Shown here: positions 36,885 to 46,031 of the stretch, in pieces | Position numbering within the stretch: position 1 is the stretch's first letter | How the letters are laid out: every line of letters begins with the position of its first letter | DNA from: Spirochaetaceae bacterium | Lineage (GTDB): Bacteria; Spirochaetota; Spirochaetia; DSM-2461 | Direction: 5' to 3' | Length of the DNA stretch: 64,000 nucleotides | Assembly: GCA_965224705.1 (NCBI GenBank) | Contig: OZ245056.1 | Coordinates: 1,568,001 to 1,632,000 of the forward strand | Program-made: the position numbers and the translations under genes | Notes under the pieces: generated by a model | Told to the model about the DNA's origin: nothing | The model's database searches: none | The model's input: only the letters and a program-made list of their open reading frames with translations

Positions 36885-39623
36885 ATGCCAACTCTTGACG
36901 AATTGAAGAAATTCAAAACTCGAATCGACCAGCTCGGTAATGAGCCTGAAATTCTTGCCAGCCGCGGTGAAAAAATTGCAGATCTGGAAGATATCGCACC
37001 TCCCGCAGTAACGGAAGCACAAACAGCTGAGACACCAACGGATGAGGCAGACAGTGATATCGAAGATATGGATACCCTTCTCAGTTCCTATACGGACGAT
37101 CTGGGAGAACTCGATAAGACTGATAGTTTTGAAGACTTCGATAAGCCTGACGATGAAGAAAAGCCTGATGAAGAACTGGCAGAAGAGCCGCCGGTCGTTG
37201 ATGAATCTCAAGAAAAAACTTCCCCTGTTTCGTCCATTCAATCCTATTCATTGGATATTGAGGAGTCTCCTGAGGATAGTCAGCAGTTTTCACTTGAAGA
37301 CTTTGGGGATGAATTCAGTTCCATTGATGAGGATAAAAGTGTTGATGAAGTTATCAGCCAGGACGACATTGCTCTTCCAAAGGATGATTTTTCAGACTCA
37401 GGTGATGAAGATTCTTCATTTTCTCTTGAAGAAGATGAGTTCCAAAGATTACAGAATGCCATTAACAACTTCCCGCAAAATCTGAAACTGGTTATTGAGA
37501 GCTTTCTGGGTGATGACCGCTGGGAAGTAGACACTGTTAAGGAATTCATTGATGCAATACTTAAAGGTGAAAGTCTCAAGTCCCTTGTTCATCGTTACTA
37601 CAGCATAACGAAAAGAAGAATAATACTTCCAAGAAGATATAAAAAGCAATCAGGTGAATTTTTTGAGAAACGCCGTGCTCTTTACATCTACCAGCTATTC
37701 AATAAGCACTGGCCCCTGTTGCAAAAAACACTCCTGGTTGTGGGTGCTGTCTGGATAATGGGATTATCGCTGTTTACGTGGGTGTATCGTCCTTTAGTAG
37801 CAGAAATCCTGTATACAAGAGGGTTGGATTCTATTGCAATGGACGAAAAGGATGCGGCTGTAGACTCCTTCAATGATGCATGGAATGGATGGCCATTATT
37901 TACTTCATCCGATGATGATATCGGAGAATCTCCAATAGTTGTGAAGGGTTGGAAAAACAAAAATCGATGGCTGGATTATGCACGTGCATTCCGGAAGCGA
38001 AAATACTGGGATGAAGCGGCGGATTTCTACTCGGGTTATCTTGCTGTGAAACCAGACGCCATTGATGAACGTATTGAATTTGGGCGATTTCTTTACGATG
38101 TCCTTGGGAAGCATGAGTCTGCAATACAGGTACTTGAGAGTTCTTCAAAACTTTTCCAGAGACATCCTGAATTAATCCTTGCTGCCGGAGATGTCTACCT
38201 CGATTGGGCCGATACTGACCCATCCAGATATGAAAATGCCCGGCTGAACTATGCCAGAGCACTTGAACGAGCTCGAAAGAATGAACGGGCAATACTATCC
38301 ATGATGCGTTATCATCTGCGGCTGAAAAACCGTAAAGAAGTCTACACACTTCTACCCATTTTCAATGATGAAGTTCCAGGAGATTCATCAGAACCAGAGC
38401 TAGCGGCCGAGGTATTCTCCAACCTGGCTGAATTCCACCTGGAAGAGGAAAACATGGATGAGGCTCATCGCTTCATTACGCTGGCTGAACATGCGGACCC
38501 CGCTGCTCCAGAACCATTTTACGTCAGCGCCCTGTATTGGCGGCTCCAGGGTAATGAGCAGGCAGAGCTGAGCAGTTTGCAGCAAACTCTAATCAATCTT
38601 GACAGAATGGAATCATTGAAGCACAACCACATAAAAATGCAGGTGCTGACTCTGGGCGGTATAGGTATTCTTTATTCTGAACAGGCTTCCCGTCTTAGTC
38701 CAGATTCAAGAGACGCAGGCGAAGTTCGCAGCATGGCATTGGATAATCTCAATAGGGCAGTGAATCTTTACAGCGATGCCCATTCCCGGAAGATCCTGGC
38801 TGCCTCTCCTGAATATGGCAGCATTTTTCTCGGATTCGGGAATTTCTTATATCAAACAAATAAAGGTGAATCAGAATTTTCCCTTGAAACAAATCAGGAA
38901 TCATTAAGAATTCCTGATGACAGCATGAGTAATCTATGGCTGGCTGAGCATTACTACAATCGGGCAGAAGAGCTGTATGACAGGGGAAATGGAAGTTCCA
39001 ATCTACCTGACAGAGCGTTATATAGACGAGCCTATGTGAGACATCTTCTGGGGATGGATGGGGCTGTTGCTGACTTTCATCGCATTTCCAGACGTCGTCC
39101 TGATGATTACAATTCCCGACTTGCCCTGGCAGCAGTTCTTCTGGATTCTGGAGATTATGAGGCATCCCGAATTCAATACCAGCGCTCTATCGAACTTCTG
39201 GATGAGGAACTCAATTCATCAATGGGCATTCTGGACTTTGAGAATAAAAGTGCCCATAGAGAGCTCTTCATTCGTTATGTAGCAGCCTGGAACAATCTTG
39301 GTGTCAGCCAAGCCCGGTCTGCCGCAGGAAGAGGTGGACGCAATGATGACTACGCTGCTGCCCTGAGTGCATTTACCACAGCTTCTGAGTTTCTTGACAG
39401 AGTTACGATAGATCAGACAGCCCTGAACTCTCGAGGTGTTACCGGGCTGCGGGATGATAACAGCCGCAGGATAGTTGAAAGAATTGACGGTTTGAATTTC
39501 TTAAAAGAGAAAGCAACCCTGCCTCATCACAACAGACTCATCCTGCTTGGGAAAAATGAAACAAGTTTTGAAGAAACTGACTACCTTGCTTATTCTGGAA
39601 TACCATCAGATTTTGGCTCCTGA
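36885..39623 (+). CDS. flcA: probable periplasmic flagellar collar protein FlcA-like (acidic N-terminus, 1 TM, TPR-rich)
   Basis: Starts MPTLDELKKFK..LGNEP, long acidic region, single TM near aa 283-303, TPR-like periplasmic part. Family assignment from recalled architecture only. Confidence 0.6.
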   Translation: MPTLDELKKFKTRIDQLGNEPEILASRGEKIADLEDIAPPAVTEAQTAETPTDEADSDIEDMDTLLSSYTDDLGELDKTDSFEDFDKPDDEEKPDEELAEEPPVVDESQEKTSPVSSIQSYSLDIEESPEDSQQFSLEDFGDEFSSIDEDKSVDEVISQDDIALPKDDFSDSGDEDSSFSLEEDEFQRLQNAINNFPQNLKLVIESFLGDDRWEVDTVKEFIDAILKGESLKSLVHRYYSITKRRIILPRRYKKQSGEFFEKRRALYIYQLFNKHWPLLQKTLLVVGAVWIMGLSLFTWVYRPLVAEILYTRGLDSIAMDEKDAAVDSFNDAWNGWPLFTSSDDDIGESPIVVKGWKNKNRWLDYARAFRKRKYWDEAADFYSGYLAVKPDAIDERIEFGRFLYDVLGKHESAIQVLESSSKLFQRHPELILAAGDVYLDWADTDPSRYENARLNYARALERARKNERAILSMMRYHLRLKNRKEVYTLLPIFNDEVPGDSSEPELAAEVFSNLAEFHLEEENMDEAHRFITLAEHADPAAPEPFYVSALYWRLQGNEQAELSSLQQTLINLDRMESLKHNHIKMQVLTLGGIGILYSEQASRLSPDSRDAGEVRSMALDNLNRAVNLYSDAHSRKILAASPEYGSIFLGFGNFLYQTNKGESEFSLETNQESLRIPDDSMSNLWLAEHYYNRAEELYDRGNGSSNLPDRALYRRAYVRHLLGMDGAVADFHRISRRRPDDYNSRLALAAVLLDSGDYEASRIQYQRSIELLDEELNSSMGILDFENKSAHRELFIRYVAAWNNLGVSQARSAAGRGGRNDDYAAALSAFTTASEFLDRVTIDQTALNSRGVTGLRDDNSRRIVERIDGLNFLKEKATLPHHNRLILLGKNETSFEETDYLAYSGIPSDFGS

Positions 39624-39630
39624 CAGTTTT

Positions 39631-40713
39631 CTAAATCGTCACCATCCAGCCATGATGATCTTCAATTTTACCAAATTGAATCCCCTTGAGCTCCCTGAGT
39701 AACCGGTACGCTGTTGAATCATCGTTCAAACTTGAGAATTGCTTTGTTTCTCCCTTATGAGTAAGAGATTTCAAAGGGGTAACCCCAACTGCGGTTCCTG
39801 TGAAAAAGAATTCTATGGCACTATCAAAAACCTCTGATATGGATAAATCTCTTTCCAAAACATCCATTCCCATTTCCCGGGCCAGTATCATGACAGATTC
39901 CCGAGTTATACCCGGAAGTATGGTGTCTTTCAGCGCTGGTGTTACCAGTGTTCCATTAGAGAACAGGGCAAAACAGTTACATGATGATCCTTCTTCGATG
40001 TTCTTCCCGGTCATGGCATCCATGAACACAGATTCCATATAACCTGCATCTATTGCTTCAGCCTTGGCCAGGGTGGAAGTGACATAGTTTGCGGCTGTTT
40101 TAATCCATCCAGTTCCGCCGGGAGTAGCACGAATTCGTGTTGAAGTGACAGCTTCGTTCTTACCAAGCTGGAAATATGCCGAAACCGTTGTACAGACAGT
40201 GATAACCCAGGGCTTTCTGGAAAGGTTGACCCCAATACCAGGTTCGGAAACAGCAAAGGGCCGAATATAGACAGTATCAGCATTCTGCCAGATATCATCT
40301 TCCCATGCAGCATCATATGCTGGAGTAAAACCCAGATCGTAGTTCCGGCGTACGATTCCGATAATTGTTTTGAGCATGAGATTTTCTGGTACAGGCGGCA
40401 TTCTAAGACCCCGCATGGAGGCTGCCATCCTCTGGCTGTTCTTCTCAGGTCTGAATAACTTGAGGGTGCCGTTCTTTTGGGGATATGCTTTGAGGCCTTC
40501 AAAGCAGCCAAGCCCGTACTGACTTGTATAATTTACCATGGGAAAACCGGGTATGTGGTTCCTTCTGGACATCATTTTATTGTAATCTTCTGGATCCATC
40601 CGGGATTCTTCCGCAGGCGTGAGGTGTTCATGCTCAATGTACCGGTCATCCCAACTCTCCCCATTGAAATAAGCAAAATGGACACATGGGTAAATTGAGA
40701 GTTTGAAATGCAT
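39631..40713 (-). CDS. ilvE: branched-chain amino acid aminotransferase
   Basis: YGLGCFEGLKAY, LFRP..N..RM, YIRP, KTAANY, EEGSSCN, ILPGITR, GTAVGVTP. Confidence 0.9.
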   Translation of the reverse strand: MHFKLSIYPCVHFAYFNGESWDDRYIEHEHLTPAEESRMDPEDYNKMMSRRNHIPGFPMVNYTSQYGLGCFEGLKAYPQKNGTLKLFRPEKNSQRMAASMRGLRMPPVPENLMLKTIIGIVRRNYDLGFTPAYDAAWEDDIWQNADTVYIRPFAVSEPGIGVNLSRKPWVITVCTTVSAYFQLGKNEAVTSTRIRATPGGTGWIKTAANYVTSTLAKAEAIDAGYMESVFMDAMTGKNIEEGSSCNCFALFSNGTLVTPALKDTILPGITRESVMILAREMGMDVLERDLSISEVFDSAIEFFFTGTAVGVTPLKSLTHKGETKQFSSLNDDSTAYRLLRELKGIQFGKIEDHHGWMVTI

Positions 40714-40806
40714 CTTTCCATCCTTGCAATCTATAAACTGAGTATTTATTATATTCTACTACTATAGTAGAGTCGAGCCAGTTTTACAGGAGTTTCTCAT
40801 AACAGA

Positions 40807-41874
40807 ATGGTAAACAATGTCATTATAATGGCAGGGGGCGCAGGAAAACGGCTGTGGCCAGCGTCACTTGGAAAACGTCCCAAGCAGTTCATGAGGGTTG
40901 GGGATAGGGCCAGTTTGTTCAGAAATACTCTGGAAAGAGCCTTCAAACTTGGAATTGATGGCTCAGTGTATGTGATAACCCATCAGGATCATGCGGCCAC
41001 TGCTCTGGAAGATTGCAGGGGGATTGAGGAAGCTTTGAGATCCCGTATAGTTATAATGGCGGAACCTGTTGCACGCAATACAGCCCCGGCCCTGGCTCTG
41101 GCTGCTGCCGGTATGATTCTGGCCGGGAAACTGAGTGAAACCAGTCTTGTTATGGCCGCAGATCACATCATTTCCCCGATAGAAGCTTTTATATCATCGG
41201 TGGAGACCGCCTCTGTTGAAGCCGAAAGAGGGTTTATTGTTCCATACGGCGTTGTCCCGGATCACCCTTCGACTGGATATGGCTACATTGAAGCAGGGAA
41301 GTCTGTCGGCGGAGGATTTGAGGTCAATTCATTTCATGAAAAACCAGACCGGAGATTAGCAGAGAACTATCTGGAATCGGGAAAGCATTACTGGAATGCC
41401 GGTCTTTTTACATACAGGAACAATGTGTTTCTTGATGAATTGAATCAATGGAGCCCAGAGATTGCCAGGGTATTTGCCTCTCCAGAGGAAGAATGGTTTA
41501 ATCGCCGCACTGATAGCGATATCACGGTTCTGGAGCCTACAGAATCATTGGTTAACCGTTATCTACAATGCCAGTCAATCTCTGTGGATTACGCTGTGAT
41601 GGAAAAAACGGACAAAATCCGGATGGTGAAGGCTGAATTTGAGTGGAATGATGTTGGCAGCTGGGATACCGTTTCAGCAATAGGCTCTCCATCTCAAGCT
41701 CCTGTCTATTCACATCAATCAAAGGGAAATTTTGTTTATTCTGATCTTCCGGTCGCTCTTTGTGGAGTTGACAACCTCATTGTCGCTGTTGCCAACGGCA
41801 GAGTGATGATATGCCGCAGGGGTCAAAGCCAACTGGTAAAAGAGGCTGCCGAAGAAGATTTGAAGAATTCCTGA
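40807..41874 (+). CDS. manC: mannose-1-phosphate guanylyltransferase
   Basis: IMAGGAGKRLWPAS...PKQF, EPVARNTAPA, TGYGYI, FHEKP, WNAG, SVDYAVMEK, WNDVGSW. Confidence 0.92.
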   Translation: MVNNVIIMAGGAGKRLWPASLGKRPKQFMRVGDRASLFRNTLERAFKLGIDGSVYVITHQDHAATALEDCRGIEEALRSRIVIMAEPVARNTAPALALAAAGMILAGKLSETSLVMAADHIISPIEAFISSVETASVEAERGFIVPYGVVPDHPSTGYGYIEAGKSVGGGFEVNSFHEKPDRRLAENYLESGKHYWNAGLFTYRNNVFLDELNQWSPEIARVFASPEEEWFNRRTDSDITVLEPTESLVNRYLQCQSISVDYAVMEKTDKIRMVKAEFEWNDVGSWDTVSAIGSPSQAPVYSHQSKGNFVYSDLPVALCGVDNLIVAVANGRVMICRRGQSQLVKEAAEEDLKNS

Positions 41875-41955
41875 ATTCTTTTTCAGATTCACGATAAAAA
41901 GCAGTTTGCAGCCAGTCATATAAGGTGACGCTTAACAACAGACAGGAGGCAAGCG

Positions 41956-42360
41956 ATGAACAATTTAAATTCTATTATTCTTGAGGGAAATCTTACAAAA
42001 GATCCTGAACTCAAACAAACCCCCAGGGGAACCCCGGTATGCCGTTTCACGGTGGCCTCGAATCGGTTCTACAAGACCGAGGATGAACGCAGGGAGGAGG
42101 TTAGTTTCTTTGAAGTGGAGGTATGGTCTCGACTGGCGGAAACATGCGGCGAGTATCTTTCCAAGGGCCGGGGGGTGAGAGTCGTTGGACGGCTCAAACA
42201 GGATCGCTGGGCCGCAACTGACGGCTCCCTGAGATCCCGTATTCATATTGTCGGTGAGCATGTAGAGTTTCAGAGCAAAGCATGGTCTGCCCAGTCTCCT
42301 GCTTCCGAAGCCGTAGCAAGTGAATCAGATGTGAGAAAAGAAGCTGTGCCAGCCTATTAG
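41956..42360 (+). CDS. ssb: single-stranded DNA-binding protein
   Basis: LNSIILEGNLTKDPE, FTVASNR, LSKGRGVRVVGRLKQDRW; AGGAGG RBS. Confidence 0.95.
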   Translation: MNNLNSIILEGNLTKDPELKQTPRGTPVCRFTVASNRFYKTEDERREEVSFFEVEVWSRLAETCGEYLSKGRGVRVVGRLKQDRWAATDGSLRSRIHIVGEHVEFQSKAWSAQSPASEAVASESDVRKEAVPAY

Positions 42361-42383
42361 TGGATATTTCTTTTTGAGAATGA

Positions 42384-42467
42384 GGCTGTGTCCGTGATTT
42401 TATGTGGTGCGTGGGAGGTTGAATATGCAGTGTGCATCACAGATAGAAAACGATTACGGATACAGCC
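42384..42467 (+). ncRNA. candidate structured RNA (long hairpin) 3' of ssb
   Basis: 16-bp outer stem GGCTGTGTCCGTGATT/GATTACGGATACAGCC and 10-bp inner stem TGTGGTGCGT/GTGCATCACA. All non-Watson-Crick pairs are G-U on the + strand. Confidence 0.45.
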
Positions 42468-42624
42468 AGCCATAAAAATGTCACAGATGTCAGACAGTAT
42501 AGTACAATGAGTTATCATATCGATAATACAACCTTCCATTTCCAACCGGTGTATCCAGTCGTTTCTTCAGTATCAGACAATCAGATTCCTTGATCTTCAG
42601 AATGGTCAGTATTATAATCCGGGA

Positions 42625-43722
42625 ATGGGTCTATATCGCAGGTTATCCATCCTGTCAGCCATTATGATGCTCTTGAGTTTTTCCGCTGCAGCAGAAACTG
42701 TCGGCATAATCACTTTTCTTGAAGGAGCTGTTGAAATAGATCGAGATGGCCAGTCAATTCCGGATCGAGAAATCCAGACGGGCTATACAATACAGGTGTT
42801 CGACACGTTGAGAACCGGAAAGAATGGATTTGTAGAAGTGGACATGTCCGCAACCTCCGGCAAAACCCGGATCAAAATCAAACCTGAAACTTCATTTTAC
42901 TTTGAAGGCCCATCAGGGAAATCCTCTGCCCTGAGAACGACTTTTCAGCTGCTTCGGGGTTCATTGGAGATCTTTGTCAGAAGACTGATGCGTGGAGAGT
43001 CCCGTGCCGTTCGAACAGATTCCGCTGTATTCGCCGTAAGAGGGACAGAATTTTCTGTTGACATCGCTGTGGATAGATCATCTCTGGTTGCCGTTTCAGA
43101 AGGTCTGGTAGAGATTCAAGTTGATTCTCAGACAGGTCATGCAAGGCCCGGAGATGCCGCTTCCATCGATACAAACAATACAATAACTTTTTCGGAAGTC
43201 GATATTGAGGAACTTCCAGTGTATCGGAAAAAATGGAGGGAGTCCCGTCTGGCAGCTCTGCAGGTCAATCCCGATATGGCTATTAATCACCACATCAGAT
43301 TGTGGAAGAAACATTTCCCGGAGTTAGAGAATGCACTGCGTGAATTAGAATCACATAACAGGATTTTCAGGTATTGGAGTTCTGTTATCGACGGGAACGT
43401 TAAAAAGCCTTCCATGAGCAGGACGATAATGGATAAACAGACTGTCAGTTACGGTATGGTGAAATTGCGGTCTGCACTACCCCTGACTGAAAGACTTTTT
43501 TATACTCTGGTCGATCTGGAAAAAATCCGTGAAGATGGAAACTCTCCAGACATTGAACGATTTTACAAATCTTTTGGGCAGGACAGGGTAGAGATAAGAA
43601 GAATGCTCAGCAGAATCCGGTATATGCTCCGCATATTCCAATTCATGGACGAATCTATTGGAAGTTTCTTCAATTCAGGTTCATCAGGTTCAAGTCTCAT
43701 GGATTCGATTCCAGTTTTCTAG
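42625..43722 (+). CDS. FecR-domain secreted protein
   Basis: Signal peptide, DTLRTG, LLRGSL, T.SAVFAVRGTEFSV, V.EGLVEI. Confidence 0.8.
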   Translation: MGLYRRLSILSAIMMLLSFSAAAETVGIITFLEGAVEIDRDGQSIPDREIQTGYTIQVFDTLRTGKNGFVEVDMSATSGKTRIKIKPETSFYFEGPSGKSSALRTTFQLLRGSLEIFVRRLMRGESRAVRTDSAVFAVRGTEFSVDIAVDRSSLVAVSEGLVEIQVDSQTGHARPGDAASIDTNNTITFSEVDIEELPVYRKKWRESRLAALQVNPDMAINHHIRLWKKHFPELENALRELESHNRIFRYWSSVIDGNVKKPSMSRTIMDKQTVSYGMVKLRSALPLTERLFYTLVDLEKIREDGNSPDIERFYKSFGQDRVEIRRMLSRIRYMLRIFQFMDESIGSFFNSGSSGSSLMDSIPVF

Positions 43723-43865
43723 ATTCATCTACAGTCGCTCTTCTTAATTACATTAATCTCACAAAGATCAATATATTGTTGTAATCTCCATCCTTTTTCT
43801 ATATTATTCTGCGAATCAGGATAAAGTCTCCAGTTATATACTTGGTTTTGAGTCAGGGGAGTAGT

Positions 43866-45290
43866 GTGGTCAAAAAAGAATTTCCTCAAATTCACTATTA
43901 TAATCAGGATTTCGTTGGTATCTATGAACGTTCATGGGCATGGATGCCTGATTTCTGGCACAAGGCAATTCCTTCCGCTGGATTGAAAAATCCATTTTAC
44001 ATCCACAAGGGAGATGAGACCCTCAACCTGTTGGATAGTTGTCTGGCTTCACATCTTCTTGTTTACCTCAATAGGAAGTACCCGGTGAATTTGATGTTAG
44101 ACAATTTTTATTCATTTCAAGAGGAATCAGGTGCTATTCGTGGGAATTACAGTATAAAGACAGGTCAACCCATCTTCACGGAATCCAATCCGGAAGGCTT
44201 ATCACCTCCACTGTTGGCCTGGGTTGAATTCAATCTCTACCATAAAGTTGGAGCAAAAACACGGGTTCGCAATGTGATGCCCATGCTGATGGCCTATCAC
44301 GACTGGATAGCATCGAATTTCAAAGATGAAAATGGACTCTATGCCGTACCCATGGAGGTATCGATATTGCCGGCTGTACACAACGAAAGAATAAAATACT
44401 CTCTGGAATTCAATACGCAGATGGCCATCAATGCCATGTACCTGGCGGCCCTGGCGGATATTCTCAATGACAAGGAATTGAGCTTTCGTTACAAACAACA
44501 GTATTTCTCTCTGAAGACCCGGATAAATTCCCAGATGTGGGATCCCGATGACAAAATATACTATGACCTTGATGCAAGCAGAAAAAGGATCAAAGTGAAG
44601 ACAATCAATGCATTCTGGCCCCTGCTTGCAGAATTCCCCAATGAAGAAAAGGCCGACGGATTGTTTGCACACTTGAAGGATCCCCAATCGTTTGGAACGG
44701 ATAACCCCTTTCCTACTCTGGCCGTCAGTGAAAGAGGTTTCGACGAAAATGGAGAAGGAGCGTCTGGCTCTGTTGTTCCTGCTTTAACGTACATGGTTAT
44801 AAAAGGGCTTGAAAAGTATCAGAAGTATGAATTTGCCCGCGAAGTTGCTATCAGTCATCTGCATTTCATTATTGATACGTTTTATCCCCCAAATAATCAG
44901 AAAGGAACGCTCTGGAAAGCGTACAAGCCGTTCAGTGATGGTCCTGCTGTGTGGGAGCAGAACAAAGAATGGAATAAGCCTCTGAGTATGGCCTATGTGG
45001 GACTCTCCACAATTGCAATGATTATTGAAAACATCGTCGGTCTCTATGTGAGTTTGCCCAAGAAAACGGTTGATTGGTATGTTCCGACACTTGAATTAAT
45101 GGGGATTGAAGATCTTCCACTGAAACGCAACCGGATCACCATCATAAGCAACAAGTCCAGCCGCGGCTGGGAAATCAATCTGGAATCGGAAAAACTCTAT
45201 TACTTCTCCATACATTTGCTGGATGAGGGGAAGAATAAAACACTTCCTATTCCATCAGGTAAGTGTTCCATGCTTATTTCCAAATTATAA
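43866..45290 (+). CDS. (alpha/alpha)6 glycoside hydrolase, trehalase/GH63-like
   Basis: LDNFY..QE.SG, PPLLAWVE, IN..MWD..D.IYYD, FWPLLA, F.T..PFPTLA. GTG start after GGGGAG. Confidence 0.7.
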   Translation: MVKKEFPQIHYYNQDFVGIYERSWAWMPDFWHKAIPSAGLKNPFYIHKGDETLNLLDSCLASHLLVYLNRKYPVNLMLDNFYSFQEESGAIRGNYSIKTGQPIFTESNPEGLSPPLLAWVEFNLYHKVGAKTRVRNVMPMLMAYHDWIASNFKDENGLYAVPMEVSILPAVHNERIKYSLEFNTQMAINAMYLAALADILNDKELSFRYKQQYFSLKTRINSQMWDPDDKIYYDLDASRKRIKVKTINAFWPLLAEFPNEEKADGLFAHLKDPQSFGTDNPFPTLAVSERGFDENGEGASGSVVPALTYMVIKGLEKYQKYEFAREVAISHLHFIIDTFYPPNNQKGTLWKAYKPFSDGPAVWEQNKEWNKPLSMAYVGLSTIAMIIENIVGLYVSLPKKTVDWYVPTLELMGIEDLPLKRNRITIISNKSSRGWEINLESEKLYYFSIHLLDEGKNKTLPIPSGKCSMLISKL

Positions 45291-45301
45291 GATCTTAAAA
45301 A

Positions 45302-46021
45302 TCAGCTCTCTACTCCTGCAATGAGCAGGGATTTCGGATCAAGTATGAGCGGTAAATCCGAGGCATCAATCTTATCGTGATCTTTAACAAGTTGAAGGTG
45401 AAGATAATCCTTTTCTGCCTTCAATGTAATGATTATATCAATCATTTTGAGAAAGGGAACCAGATTTGTTGGAATACCATCGTCATTGAGCACAGGTCCA
45501 TCAATATCTTCCCTGTGATAGTCATCTGAAAACCAGAGTTCCACTTTTTTCTCAGCAGCGAAATTTTTGAATGCACTGATATCGGTTTCAGTCGCTTTTG
45601 TGAAATCAAAACCATCGATGATTACAACATCAGTTTCAGCCTGACCATATTCTATCATGGCGGTTACGCTGGCAATAACCTGTGTAACACTCGTTCCAAT
45701 CTGGCTGAAATTCATGATTACCCGATTATGAATGATATCATCATGAACATCCATGACATTTTCCAGATTGCGCTTCTGACTGATTTCTTTGAAGATATCT
45801 TCATACCATCTGATGATATGATCCGTTCGTCTGGCATAGGAGACATGAATAACATGTTTGCCAGCCATGAGTTTGTCGGTGGCAATATGAACGAGGCAGG
45901 CTGTTTTACCAATACCCCGGCGCGAGGCGATAATGCCAATACAGCCAGCACCAACACCACCATGAATGGACTGATCCAGTTTTCTCAGCGGACTTTTCCG
46001 TATCAATTCTTGTCTGACCAT
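45302..46021 (-). CDS. RecA/KaiC-like P-loop protein of unknown function
   Basis: LDQSIHGGVGAG, Walker A-like ASRRGIGKT, Walker B-like VVIIDG. Starts 10 bp after fusA. Confidence 0.75.
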   Translation of the reverse strand: MVRQELIRKSPLRKLDQSIHGGVGAGCIGIIASRRGIGKTACLVHIATDKLMAGKHVIHVSYARRTDHIIRWYEDIFKEISQKRNLENVMDVHDDIIHNRVIMNFSQIGTSVTQVIASVTAMIEYGQAETDVVIIDGFDFTKATETDISAFKNFAAEKKVELWFSDDYHREDIDGPVLNDDGIPTNLVPFLKMIDIIITLKAEKDYLHLQLVKDHDKIDASDLPLILDPKSLLIAGVES

Positions 46022-46031
46022 TGGTCTCTCC

